Source of the DNA: a virus
Lineage: Duplodnaviria > Heunggongvirae > Uroviricota > Caudoviricetes
Strand: one strand, 5' to 3'
DNA length: 28,060 nucleotides
Virus record (IMG/VR): IMGVR_UViG_2728369593_000002
This document shows positions 7,319-16,719 of the stretch, piece after piece. A model generated the notes under the pieces. It had not been told where the DNA came from. It searched no databases and worked only from the letters and a program-made list of their open reading frames with translations. Made by a program: the position numbers and the translations under genes. Position 1 is the first letter of the stretch; each line of letters starts with the position of its first letter.

Positions 7319-7481
7319 AACACCCCAGCCAGATTTACCCGACCCGTTTACGTGGGGAGCCAGCCTTAACCTGAATGTTGCGTTGTTGTCAGCGTTAGCA
7401 CAGTGCAACAGGGATAAGGCTGATATCAGGACTTTTGAGAAAAACAGGGCAGCACAAACCAATGGCACGATTAAACGTTGA
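7203..7481 (+). CDS. Rz1: o-spanin (Rz1-like) outer-membrane lipoprotein, overlapped with and extending past Rz
   Basis: Starts inside Rz in the +1 frame; signal peptide with lipobox LSGC; proline-rich mature region (VPVIPLPASLTAETPQPDLPDP). Confidence 0.55.
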   Translation: MMIALFVLFLLAQLSGCTNTRTVYVSVPVIPLPASLTAETPQPDLPDPFTWGASLNLNVALLSALAQCNRDKADIRTFEKNRAAQTNGTIKR

Positions 7482-7647
7482 AGTTATCCCACCAGACAGC
7501 GAAACGATGAACGAGATTTTTGCAGAGATTGAACGTAAATATGCGCATCAGCCGATGACGCCAAAAGTTATCGATGAAATGCAACGCGAAGCGGCGCGCC
7601 TTGTAAGGCGAGTGACAAACACGAAGGTTACGTTTGTTCGGGACTGA
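7462..7647 (+). CDS. small hypothetical protein (about 61 aa) between spanins and terminase
   Basis: Internal Met of listed ORF 7435..7647; no recognised family; overlaps the Rz1 3' end. Confidence 0.3.
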   Translation: MARLNVEVIPPDSETMNEIFAEIERKYAHQPMTPKVIDEMQREAARLVRRVTNTKVTFVRD

Positions 7648-7704
7648 CATTACAGAAGCTCCTTTGATAAGGGGCTTCGATAATGTCACTAAGAGGAATA
7701 ATTC

Positions 7705-8455
7705 ATGGCAAAACCGGACTGGGAGGCCATCGAATCGGCATACCGGGCCGGAGTCCTTAGCCTCCGTGATATAGGCGAGAAATACGGCGTTACAGAAGGG
7801 GGCTATCAGGAAGAGGGCCAAAAAGCTTGGTTGGGTACGCAGTGGCGGTACGCAGGTTTGCAAAAATGGTACGCAAAAAAGAAAAGTGCGTACCAGCAGA
7901 AAGCCTGCCATTACTGGCCTTACACAAAAAGGTACGCAACCAAAAACAGAACCTACACTGGATACGAAACCGATACGCGGAATGCGTACCGATCCCCCGA
8001 CTAACCCATTCCAACCCGGTAACCAGCAGGCATTAAAACACGGTGGTTATGCCCGTCGCCTTCTGCTCAAAGATGAGGTGATAGAGGACGCTAAAGCGTT
8101 GACGCTCGAGGACGAATTATTTCGCCTTCGTGCTAACAACCTTGTCGCTGCAGAGAATATTGGTCGGTGGCTGGTGTCGCTGGAAGATGCTAATGGGGAC
8201 CAGGAAAGGAAGATGCTGATGGAAAATATCAGCGCCGCCGAGAAAGCAATGATGCGCAATACAGTTCGTATTGAGTCCATCGTTGGCACGCTTGCGACGG
8301 TAGGAAAAATATTTGCTGATACAGCCTACCGCAAGGCCGCCACTGATAAGGTGTCTCTGGAGGCTGATCGTCTTCGCCGTGATGCAGGTATTGATGATGG
8401 CAATGGAGAGCGTGACCTCAATGACTTCTACTCTGACATCCAAACCGACGCTTAA
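7705..8455 (+). pseudogene. terminase small subunit, split by a +1 frame break at a G5 run (7798-7802); may be a real frameshift or a homopolymer sequencing error
   Basis: N-terminal HTH MAKPDWEAIESAYRAGVLSLRDIGEKYGVTEG is in one frame. The expected continuation AIRKRAKKLGWVR ... NPFQPGNQQALKHGGYA is in the next frame and ends at 8455. Removing one G restores a single ORF of about 249 aa. Confidence 0.65.
7834..7990. repeat. array of the 8-mer GGTACGCA (4 direct copies, 2 inverted copies TGCGTACC) within the small terminase gene; candidate pac/terminase recognition site
   Basis: Direct copies at 7834, 7847, 7868, 7931; inverted copies at 7887 and 7983; degenerate GATACGAAA/GATACGCGG nearby. 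Confidence 0.55.
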
Positions 8456-9824
8456 TCCGGCTTTACGTAGTTTCTGGACTACGCGGGCACGTAACAAAGT
8501 GCTTTATGGTGGCCGGTCATCGTCAAAATCATGGGATGCCGCTGGCATTGCCATATTTCTGTCGAATAAATACACCCTGCGTTTTTGTTGTGCCCGTCAG
8601 ATCCAGAATAAAATCGAAGAGTCGGTTTATACCCTGCTCAAAATTCAGATAGACAGGTTTGGCCTGCGGCACCGTTTCCGGATTCTGAACAACAAAATCA
8701 TTAACCGGGTTACTGGCTCGGAATTTGTTTTTTATGGATTATGGCGCAACATCGAAGAAATTAAATCACTGGAGGGGATCGATGTGTTGTGGCTGGAAGA
8801 AGCCCACGCACTGACGGAATACCAGTGGAAAATTCTGGAGCCAACGATCCGTAAAGAGGGTTCGGAATGCTGGTTCATATTCAACCCCGGACTTGTTACT
8901 GATTTCGTCTGGCGCAACTTCGTTGTTGATCCGCCCGAAGGCACTCTCATCCGCAAAATTAACTATGACGAAAATCCGTTTCTGTCTGACACCATGCTTA
9001 AGGTTATCGACGCGGCGCGACGCCGTGATCCGGATGGTTTTAAACATGTGTATGAGGGCGTTCCGGAGTCTGATGATGATGCGGCAATCATCAAACTGTC
9101 CTGGATAGAAGCCGCAGTGGATGCGCACAAAACGTTAAATTTCGAACCCAGTGGAAGAAAGCGTATTGGCTTTGACGTGGCTGACAGTGGTACAGATAAG
9201 TGCGCTAACGTTTACCGTCACGGATCCGTTGTTTTCTGGGCCGACGAATGGAAGGCCAAAGAAGATGAATTACTGAAGAGCTGCCAGCGTACTTATCAGG
9301 CGGCGCTGGAGCGTGAAGCAGATATTGTTTACGACTCTATCGGTGTTGGTGCGTCTGCCGGTGCTAAATTCTCTGAAATTAACGCTGACCGGAAGAGCGA
9401 GAATGCATACGCGCGACGTGTGAATTACCAGAGGTTTAACGCTGGTGCTGGTGTGCATGAACCAGATGACGAATACAACGGCATCCCCAACAAAGACTTT
9501 TTCGCAAATCTTAAGGCTCAGGCATGGTGGCTGGTGGCTGACCGTTTCAGAAATACGTTTAACGCCATTAACAACGGAGAACAGTATCCTGTGGATGAGC
9601 TGATCAGCATAGATTCTCGTTGTCCGTTGCTTGAAAAGCTGAAACTGGAACTGACAACACCTCATCGCGATTTTGACCGTAACGGACGTGTGATGGTCGA
9701 AAGTAAAAAAGACCTCGCAAAACGCGAGATACCGTCACCAAACGTTGCTGACGCATTCATTATGGCCTTCGCGCCAATTGATACATCGCTGGATATCTGG
9801 GAACAGCTGGGGAGACAGGCCTGA
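8421..9824 (+). CDS. terminase large subunit
   Basis: 467 aa from ATG 8421 (GGAGAG Shine-Dalgarno upstream). Walker A-like YGGRSSSKS and nuclease-domain acidic residues. The listed 8313 start is rejected because it overlaps TerS. Confidence 0.9.
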   Translation: MTSTLTSKPTLNPALRSFWTTRARNKVLYGGRSSSKSWDAAGIAIFLSNKYTLRFCCARQIQNKIEESVYTLLKIQIDRFGLRHRFRILNNKIINRVTGSEFVFYGLWRNIEEIKSLEGIDVLWLEEAHALTEYQWKILEPTIRKEGSECWFIFNPGLVTDFVWRNFVVDPPEGTLIRKINYDENPFLSDTMLKVIDAARRRDPDGFKHVYEGVPESDDDAAIIKLSWIEAAVDAHKTLNFEPSGRKRIGFDVADSGTDKCANVYRHGSVVFWADEWKAKEDELLKSCQRTYQAALEREADIVYDSIGVGASAGAKFSEINADRKSENAYARRVNYQRFNAGAGVHEPDDEYNGIPNKDFFANLKAQAWWLVADRFRNTFNAINNGEQYPVDELISIDSRCPLLEKLKLELTTPHRDFDRNGRVMVESKKDLAKREIPSPNVADAFIMAFAPIDTSLDIWEQLGRQA

Positions 9825-11290
9825 TGGCACGAAACAAACAAGCCCTGCGGAGAACTGCGCAGGCCACAGCTGATGGTTATGAGAATTTTATTGCCCGCGT
9901 AGGGATGCAGACACCTAACCAGCACTCAGCATCCACCTACCGGGCTAATTTCACCAGTCGTAACCGCATGCTGGTGGAATGGTCCTATCGTTCATCCTGG
10001 ATCATCGGCGAAGCGGTCGATGCTATCCCGGATGATATGACCCGCAAAGGCATTCGCATCACTTCGGAAATTGATGCAAAAGATCGTGGCATTCTCGAAT
10101 CACAACTGGATGAGTTGCAAATCTGGGATGCGCTGAATGACGTACTGAAATGGTCGCGCCTCTACGGCGGCGCGGTGGGTTTCATCATGATTGAGGGGCA
10201 GGCACCAATGACCCCGCTGCGACCCGAAACCATCGGTAAGGGCAAGTTTAAGGGGATTCTCCCGCTCGACCGCTGGATGATTGACCCGGTACTGACCCGC
10301 CGCATTAAAGATATGGGGCCGGACCTGGGTAAACCTGAGTTTTACGATGTGGTGACCACCGCAACGGGAATTCCTGCCTGGCGCATTCATCACAGTCGAC
10401 TGATTCGCTTTGATGGCGTCACGCTGCCATTTCAGCAGAAGATGACCGAGAACGAATGGGGAATGTCGGTTGTGGAGCGTATCTGGGATCGTCTTACCGC
10501 GTTCGACAGCGCTACTGTCGGCGCGGCGCAGCTGGTCTACAAAGCGCATCTGCGCACCTACAGCGTGGAGAAGCTACGCGAGCTTATCGCACTTGGTGGT
10601 CCTGCGTATGAAGCGTTGCTGAAGAATATTGACCTGATTCGACAGTTCCAGAGCAATGAAGGCATGACGCTCATGGACTCGCGGGATAAGTTTGAAACCC
10701 ATCAGTACAGCTTCAGTGGTCTGGATGACATCCTTTCACAGTTTGCAGAACAGATTAGTGGCGCTGTTGGTATCCCACTGGTGCGGTTGTTCGGACAGTC
10801 CCCGAAGGGATTTTCTAACGGCGATGCAGACCTTGCCAACTATTACGACCGGGTAAGCTCGTTGCAGGAGAGGCGTTTACGTCTTCCGGTGCGGCGGATA
10901 CTGGACATCATGCATCGTTCGGAACTTGGCAAGCCGCTCCCGGATGATTTCACGTTTGAGTTTAACCCGCTCTGGCAAATGTCTGATGTCGATCGTTCAA
11001 CGGTGGCGTTAAATACCACCAACGCAATCAGTACAGCGCTGGGTGATGGTCTGATGACACTGAAAGCCGCTATGACTGATTTGCGCGAAAATTCTGACGT
11101 AACCGGCATCGGGGCATCCATTACCGACGAGGACATAGAGAATGCCGAAGACGAAGCGCCGCCCGGCATCGGCGAACCTGATGACGAACCGCAGGAACCG
11201 TCAGGCGGAAATCCGGTATCGAATCAGTCTACGCAGGATAGCGCGGGCGGTCGGGGACATCGTAAATGGTCGCTACGATGGTTCAAATGA
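9824..11290 (+). CDS. portal protein
   Basis: 488 aa directly after TerL with a one-base stop/start overlap (TGATG); acidic C-terminal region. Portal-like by position and size. Confidence 0.8.
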   Translation: MARNKQALRRTAQATADGYENFIARVGMQTPNQHSASTYRANFTSRNRMLVEWSYRSSWIIGEAVDAIPDDMTRKGIRITSEIDAKDRGILESQLDELQIWDALNDVLKWSRLYGGAVGFIMIEGQAPMTPLRPETIGKGKFKGILPLDRWMIDPVLTRRIKDMGPDLGKPEFYDVVTTATGIPAWRIHHSRLIRFDGVTLPFQQKMTENEWGMSVVERIWDRLTAFDSATVGAAQLVYKAHLRTYSVEKLRELIALGGPAYEALLKNIDLIRQFQSNEGMTLMDSRDKFETHQYSFSGLDDILSQFAEQISGAVGIPLVRLFGQSPKGFSNGDADLANYYDRVSSLQERRLRLPVRRILDIMHRSELGKPLPDDFTFEFNPLWQMSDVDRSTVALNTTNAISTALGDGLMTLKAAMTDLRENSDVTGIGASITDEDIENAEDEAPPGIGEPDDEPQEPSGGNPVSNQSTQDSAGGRGHRKWSLRWFK

Positions 11291-11915
11291 CAGTATCACG
11301 GAAATTATTGCGGCGCTGGAGCGCTACAGTGAAATCATAACCCCCTGGGCGACAAAGGTCGCGGAAAACTTTACTGCGGATCTAACCCGGCAGAACGAGA
11401 AAGTTTGGCGGCAACACAGCAAGAACATCAGTCGCGAGCTCCGCAATCTTGTGGAAAGCGCTCCTGTGGGCCAGGTGATGCAATCCATCATCGCCGAACA
11501 GGTCAAGTACATCAAATCGCTACCCCTCGAGGCGGCTGACAGGGTGTACGACATCCAGAATCGGGCGACAGAAGCTGTTGTGACCGGCGGGAGAGCAGAA
11601 CATTTTGCTAAAGAAATAGCCGCATCGGGTGATATAGCAAAGTCCAGAGCTGACCTGATTGCCCGTACTGAACTTGGACGTGCAACCGGCGCGCTGGATC
11701 AGGCGCGTGCGCTGTCAATTGGTTCGAATGGTTATATCTGGCGTACAGCCGAAGATGGTGACGTCAGGCATTCTCATCGGGAAATGGAAGGTAAATTTGT
11801 CGAATGGGGCAAACCTCCAACGCTTGATGGCATGACCGGTCACGCTGGCGAGCTCCCGAATTGTCGCTGTTATAAAGAAATCGTTTTTCCCACTTCCCAA
11901 TCTTATCCCGCCTGA
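11142..11915 (+). CDS. MuF-like (SPP1 gp7 family) head morphogenesis protein; start uncertain
   Basis: C-terminal region ARTELGRATG...YIWRTAEDGDVRHSHREMEGKFVEW...NCRC resembles the Phage_Mu_F domain. No canonical start codon lies downstream of the portal stop, so it either overlaps the portal by about 150 nt or is joined to it by another frame break. Confidence 0.6.
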   Translation: MPKTKRRPASANLMTNRRNRQAEIRYRISLRRIARAVGDIVNGRYDGSNDSITEIIAALERYSEIITPWATKVAENFTADLTRQNEKVWRQHSKNISRELRNLVESAPVGQVMQSIIAEQVKYIKSLPLEAADRVYDIQNRATEAVVTGGRAEHFAKEIAASGDIAKSRADLIARTELGRATGALDQARALSIGSNGYIWRTAEDGDVRHSHREMEGKFVEWGKPPTLDGMTGHAGELPNCRCYKEIVFPTSQSYPA

Positions 11916-11929
11916 ATCGCAGGTAACCC

Positions 11930-13150
11930 ATGAAATATTTTTTCAATACCCGGCTGGGAGAAACCCGCTACCAGCTGGCTGACGGCTCGTTGCTGTGCAA
12001 AGACGTGCCGATAGGACGAACAGGTAAGCAGCTCTATGGTGCTGATGACCTGCCAAAACTGAAACCCGATAAGTTCGGTGAAATAGTCGTCACGCGTTCT
12101 CCTGAGCAGGTATTCCATCCGGCCACGCTTGCCTCATTCGAAGGGATGAGCATCACGATTCTGCATCCTGAAGATGAAAACGGGAATGTGCGGCTGGTAA
12201 ATCCCGAGAACTGGAAAGAGCTTGCTGTCGGGCACCTCCAGAATGTCCGGCGCGGGACGGGTGAGCAGTCTGATTTGATGCTGGTTGACCTTATCGTCAA
12301 AGACGAAAGCGCCATTCAGCTTATCGAAGATGGCCTGCGCGAAGTGTCGTGCGGCTATGACGCGGAGTATGAGCAGACCGAGCCAGGTAAAGCCGAGCAG
12401 GTCGATATTACCGGAAACCATGTGGCTCTTGTCCCTAAAGGCAGAGCCGGAAATCGTTGTGCAATTGGAGACAGAGACACAATGGCAAATCAAAAGAAAA
12501 GCTGGTGGACCCGCATGCGCACGGCCATCAAAACGGGTGACGCTGACACCATGAACGAACTGGTGGAGTCGGCTCCCGCATCGGTTACAGGAGATGAGGG
12601 GGATTTGCCGCAGGGCGTTAATCTCAACATCAACCTGTCCCCGCAGCAACCGCTACCGGACAAAGCACCAGAGATGGGCGGAGGTCCAACCGGCGACAGT
12701 GATGATGACCTCAAAACATTACTGAAAGCCCTGCTGGCTAAGCTGGAAGGAAATGCGACGGGCGATAACGACAATAAGCCTGACGATAATCCGACCGGTG
12801 ACGGCGAGGACGATGAAGAGGAAACCACGATTACTGGTGACTCAGCCTGGCGTGCCGAAGTTATCGTTCCGGGTATCGATCTCAGCCGTAAGATGAAACC
12901 GACCGCGTTCAAACGTGAGGTTCTGGCTTCTGCTGACAAAACGCTGGTTCGCCAGATCGTCGGTGATGCGGATATCCGCAAATTGCCGAAACAATCGGTC
13001 GACATGGCGTTTAATGCCGTGTCTGAGATTGCCAAAGGGCGAAACACCCGCGCCACCACCGGCGATGCACAGCGCCCAAACATGGGCATGACCAGTATCG
13101 CTTCCCTGAACAAACAAAACGCTGAATTCTGGGCAAACCGTAAAGGGTAA
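11930..13150 (+). CDS. DUF2213-like scaffold/prohead protease-like protein with acidic low-complexity linker
   Basis: 406 aa between the MuF-like and capsid genes; D/E/G-rich central region. Family and role are inferred from position and recalled similarity. Confidence 0.5.
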   Translation: MKYFFNTRLGETRYQLADGSLLCKDVPIGRTGKQLYGADDLPKLKPDKFGEIVVTRSPEQVFHPATLASFEGMSITILHPEDENGNVRLVNPENWKELAVGHLQNVRRGTGEQSDLMLVDLIVKDESAIQLIEDGLREVSCGYDAEYEQTEPGKAEQVDITGNHVALVPKGRAGNRCAIGDRDTMANQKKSWWTRMRTAIKTGDADTMNELVESAPASVTGDEGDLPQGVNLNINLSPQQPLPDKAPEMGGGPTGDSDDDLKTLLKALLAKLEGNATGDNDNKPDDNPTGDGEDDEEETTITGDSAWRAEVIVPGIDLSRKMKPTAFKREVLASADKTLVRQIVGDADIRKLPKQSVDMAFNAVSEIAKGRNTRATTGDAQRPNMGMTSIASLNKQNAEFWANRKG

Positions 13151-13153
13151 AAA

Positions 13154-13660
13154 ATGAATAATGTATTTCTGTACCGGATGCCTGTTGGCATTGCCGGGGC
13201 TGTCTCTCGCCCGCAGGACTTAACCGTCGAACCGGTGGTCCTTAAATCCGATAACGCCTTCGCTGCCTATGGCCTGGCTGGTAAATACGATGATGACGGT
13301 TTTTTCGTGCCGCTGGCAGATGGTGATACCGCAGACAAGGTGAAGGGGATCTACGTGCGCCCTTATCCGACCACGTCGCAGCCGGACATGGTTCGCCAGG
13401 TGGGAACAGGCAAGAACTTCCCGGGCGACGCCATGAAGCGTGGCTACGTGACCGTTAATCTCGGTTCTGATTTTGATGCCAGCACCATCAAAAAAGGCGA
13501 CCCGGTATACGTTGTCGTCTCCACTGATGAATCCATCAAAGTGCCGCTGGGTGGATTCATGGCCACGTCAGTCAGTGGCAAAAACGTGGTGCTGACCAAC
13601 GCTGAATTCACAGGTGCCGGTGATGCTGACGGCAATGCAGAAATTTCCTGGAAGATTTAA
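13154..13660 (+). CDS. hypothetical head protein (possible decoration or structural protein)
   Basis: 168 aa immediately upstream of the major capsid gene. Confidence 0.45.
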   Translation: MNNVFLYRMPVGIAGAVSRPQDLTVEPVVLKSDNAFAAYGLAGKYDDDGFFVPLADGDTADKVKGIYVRPYPTTSQPDMVRQVGTGKNFPGDAMKRGYVTVNLGSDFDASTIKKGDPVYVVVSTDESIKVPLGGFMATSVSGKNVVLTNAEFTGAGDADGNAEISWKI

Positions 13661-13671
13661 GGAACAGACGA

Positions 13672-14613
13672 ATGATTACTTTTGATCAGGCAACCGTTGA
13701 CAGCTCTGGTGCCTTTCTCATCGGGGAGCTGGAGCGACTCGACCAGACGCTGAACCTGCCACTGGTGGGGTACACCTGGACCCGCGATATCCAACTGCGT
13801 GAAGATGTCTCCATCGCAGATGACATTTCCAGCTGGACGAATACCAGCTTTGCCGCTGCGGGTACTGGTGCAAATCCGAATGGCAAAAACTGGGTAGGCA
13901 AAGACTCAACCGCTATTGCTGGCGTGAACGTGGATATCGGCAAATCCGGTAACCCGCTGAACCTGTGGGGGATGGAACTTGGCTGGACGGTCATAGAATT
14001 GCAGGCTGCTCAGCAGGTCGGCCGCCCGATTGATACGCAGAAGTATGACGGTATGCAACTGAAATGGCAGATGGATAACGATGAACAGGTATATGTTGGC
14101 GATTCTGCATTAAACCTGAAAGGCCTTGTTACCCTGGACGGCGTGCCTGTCAACAACGCTGCCAAAACGTGGGCAACCTCAACACCGGACGAAATCCGCG
14201 CAAGCATTAACCAGGTGCTGTCTGATGCGTGGGCCGCTTCCGGTTACTCTGTGGTTCCGCGTGATTTGCTGATCCCGCCTGAGCAGTTTGCTCTGTTGTC
14301 CAGCATCATCGTTTCATCTGCGGGTAACCAGTCCCTGTTGACGTATCTTCAGACCAACACCATCAGCTATCACCAGAACGGTGTTCCGCTGAATATCCGC
14401 GCGGTTAAATGGCTGAAAGGCCGTGGTGTGGGGAAAAAGGATCGCATGGTTGCGTACACCAACGATAAAAAATACGTCCGCTACCCGCTGGTTCCGCTTC
14501 AGAGCGTGCCGGTGCAGTATCGCGGTCTGTATCAGATCGTCACTTACTACGGCAAGCTGGGTGCAGTCGAGCCAGTGTACAAAGAAACCATTTCGTACGT
14601 TGATGGCATTTAA
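13672..14613 (+). CDS. major capsid protein (DUF2184-like)
   Basis: 313 aa at the capsid position, followed by a GC-rich hairpin. Family assignment is from memory. Confidence 0.65.
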   Translation: MITFDQATVDSSGAFLIGELERLDQTLNLPLVGYTWTRDIQLREDVSIADDISSWTNTSFAAAGTGANPNGKNWVGKDSTAIAGVNVDIGKSGNPLNLWGMELGWTVIELQAAQQVGRPIDTQKYDGMQLKWQMDNDEQVYVGDSALNLKGLVTLDGVPVNNAAKTWATSTPDEIRASINQVLSDAWAASGYSVVPRDLLIPPEQFALLSSIIVSSAGNQSLLTYLQTNTISYHQNGVPLNIRAVKWLKGRGVGKKDRMVAYTNDKKYVRYPLVPLQSVPVQYRGLYQIVTYYGKLGAVEPVYKETISYVDGI

Positions 14614-14620
14614 CAGCCAC

Positions 14621-14642
14621 ATGGCCCCCCTGGCGGGGCCAT
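14621..14642 (+). promoter_or_regulatory. GC-rich RNA hairpin downstream of the capsid gene (no U-tract); possible transcript stabiliser or attenuator
   Basis: ATGGCCCC-CCTGGC-GGGGCCAT perfect 8-bp inverted repeat. Confidence 0.3.
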
Positions 14643-14655
14643 TAAGGATGACCCG

Positions 14656-14874
14656 ATGGCAAAAAATGATGCAGTAATACACGTACATACCCCGTTTGTG
14701 CTCACGCTTCCCGACGGTTCACGGCGCGAGTTTGTTAAAGGCCGTCATGCTGTGGAGGAAGAAGTTGCCACGCACTGGTTCACTCGTGCGCACGCGGAAG
14801 TATCCGTTGGCAAAGCCACAGACGCGCGTAATGAGGTAAAAAAATGCCAAAGAATCAAAGTCTGCCAGCGGTAA
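14656..14874 (+). CDS. hypothetical head-tail joining protein
   Basis: 72-codon ORF; 3' end overlaps the next gene, whose ATG has a GAGG Shine-Dalgarno. Confidence 0.4.
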   Translation: MAKNDAVIHVHTPFVLTLPDGSRREFVKGRHAVEEEVATHWFTRAHAEVSVGKATDARNEVKKCQRIKVCQR

Positions 14875-15251
14875 GTGATTTTCGCCGCGACTTCCCGCAG
14901 TTTGCTGACCCTGCCAAATATCCCGAAGCGCAAATCCAGTTTCGTCTGAATCTGGCCGATGAACTGCTGAGTGAAAACGTCACCGGCAAAAAGTTGTTTC
15001 CGTACTTTGCCGGATTGTTCGTTGCGCACTACATGACGCTCTGGGCGGCAGACAGCAGAGCGATGCTGGCTGGTGGTCCGGGCGGTTCAACCAATGGTGT
15101 TCAGTCCTCAAAGTCCGTTGACAAGGTAAGCGTCAGCTATGACACCAGCGCGACGCTGAATCCTGATGCAGGTTTCTGGAATAACACCCGATATGGCGCT
15201 GAATTTTATCAGTTGATCACGATGTTCGGTGCAGGCGGTCGCCAGCTATGA
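14844..15251 (+). CDS. DUF4054-like head-tail connector protein
   Basis: 135 aa, good Shine-Dalgarno, stop overlaps the next start (ATGA). Confidence 0.5.
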   Translation: MPKNQSLPAVSDFRRDFPQFADPAKYPEAQIQFRLNLADELLSENVTGKKLFPYFAGLFVAHYMTLWAADSRAMLAGGPGGSTNGVQSSKSVDKVSVSYDTSATLNPDAGFWNNTRYGAEFYQLITMFGAGGRQL

Positions 15252-15802
15252 GTTTCAAAAGCGGTGTAACAACGAGGGTGGATAACGCTAAGGCCATTCT
15301 GGATGCGCTCAGGTCGTTAACCAAAAAAGATGTGCTGGTCGGCATCCCTTCGGAAGACAGCGAGCGGGATGATGTTCCGTTTGGTAATGCGGGCATCGGT
15401 TACCTCAACGAATACGGCTCACCAGAGCAGAACATCCCGCCACGACCTCACCTGGTCCCCGGCGTTAAATCGGCAGAAGAGCAGACGGTGCCGCAGCTCA
15501 AAACCGCGGCGCAGGCTGCTCTTGATGGTAATGCTGCGGGAGCAGAACGCGCACTCAACCGTGCCGGAACGCTGGCCGCTAATGGCGTCAGGCGTTACAT
15601 GACTATTACCGGCTTTACGCCGCTTGCTGACAGCACTGTTGAAGCCCGGGCTCGTCGGGGGCGCAAGGGGGCAACACTGGAACTTGCCCGGCGTGTTGCT
15701 GGCGAATCTCCCGGAACCGATCTGGCGAAACCATTAATTGACACCGGGCAATATCGCAGAGCGATTACCCATGTAGTGAGGGATAAAGATGCCGACTCTT
15801 GA
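15248..15802 (+). CDS. hypothetical virion protein (head completion or neck)
   Basis: 184 aa, translationally coupled to neighbours. Confidence 0.5.
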   Translation: MSFKSGVTTRVDNAKAILDALRSLTKKDVLVGIPSEDSERDDVPFGNAGIGYLNEYGSPEQNIPPRPHLVPGVKSAEEQTVPQLKTAAQAALDGNAAGAERALNRAGTLAANGVRRYMTITGFTPLADSTVEARARRGRKGATLELARRVAGESPGTDLAKPLIDTGQYRRAITHVVRDKDADS

Positions 15803-16178
15803 TGTAACAGATGTGCTTTTTGACCCCGATTTTTGCGACTTCAATTTGTGGGTAACACGCCGAGTGCAAACGGTGGATGAGGACGGGATCGGCAGCGACA
15901 GCGAAGTTAAAAAGCAGTTTGCCGGAGTCGTAACTGTTGATCGCTCTCTGGAAAACCGTCGTATGCAGGCCGGGCAGGTAATCAGTGGTGCAATTCTGAT
16001 TGTGACGACTGAGCGACTGACGCAGGGACAGACTGGCCGTGATGCCGATATCGTGACGTATCAGGGCCGTGATTATCGTGTGACTTTCGTCGACCCGTAT
16101 ACAGCGTATGGTGCCGGATTCGTTCAGGCGCATTGTGAGTTGCTGCCGTTTGATGGGGGAATTCCGGTTGAGCAATAA
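15789..16178 (+). CDS. hypothetical virion protein (head-tail adaptor-like)
   Basis: 129 aa, overlaps upstream stop. Confidence 0.5.
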   Translation: MPTLDVTDVLFDPDFCDFNLWVTRRVQTVDEDGIGSDSEVKKQFAGVVTVDRSLENRRMQAGQVISGAILIVTTERLTQGQTGRDADIVTYQGRDYRVTFVDPYTAYGAGFVQAHCELLPFDGGIPVEQ

Positions 16179-16716
16179 CACCAGCACAGAGCGCGGATGG
16201 CTGATACCAACCAGTGGCGATCCGGATTATGACGAAGCGCTCGACAGGCTGTTAAGCCAGTGGATGCGTAACGTTTCCGGTCTGTCTGCCGGGATGGTTC
16301 GTCCGCGCTGGCAGAAAGAGCAACCGCCACTGCTACCGGCTGAAACGAACTGGTGTGCGTTTGGGGTTATCGGATGGTCAGGTGATGACAGTCCGGCATT
16401 CACCAGACAGACCGATGATGGCTCTCAGCTCTGGCGGCATGAAACGATTGAGTGTATGGCTTCGTTTTATGGACCGGCGGGGATGGTATATGCGTCCCGG
16501 TTTCGTGACGGTATATCTGTGCCGCAGAACAATGCAGCACTGAATGCGCTGGGGCTGTCTCTTGGCGATTACACAGGTCTGACTCCCTTCCCTGAACTTA
16601 TTAATCAGCAATGGGTCCGCCGCTACGATATGACGGTGCGCCTGCGCCGGAAGGTTGTGCGCGAGTACGGTATTAAATCGCTGGTGGAAGCACCAGTCAT
16701 CTTTTTCGGAGATTAA
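16153..16716 (+). CDS. hypothetical tail-completion-like protein
   Basis: Internal ATG of listed ORF 16108..16716; precedes the sheath gene. Confidence 0.45.
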   Translation: MGEFRLSNNTSTERGWLIPTSGDPDYDEALDRLLSQWMRNVSGLSAGMVRPRWQKEQPPLLPAETNWCAFGVIGWSGDDSPAFTRQTDDGSQLWRHETIECMASFYGPAGMVYASRFRDGISVPQNNAALNALGLSLGDYTGLTPFPELINQQWVRRYDMTVRLRRKVVREYGIKSLVEAPVIFFGD

Positions 16717-16719
16717 GCT

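Noticed and set aside
7471-7911. 146-aa minus-strand ORF across the Rz1/small terminase region
   Set aside because: Antisense shadow ORF over coding sequence with clear + strand signals.
8313-8420. Upstream extension of the large terminase ORF
   Set aside because: Overlaps the small terminase 3' end; ATG 8421 has a proper Shine-Dalgarno and gives the expected N-terminus before the Walker A motif.
12490-13191. 233-aa minus-strand ORF
   Set aside because: Lies antisense to the acidic repeat region of the scaffold-like gene and has low-complexity Ser/Pro-rich translation and no start signals, so it is a shadow ORF.
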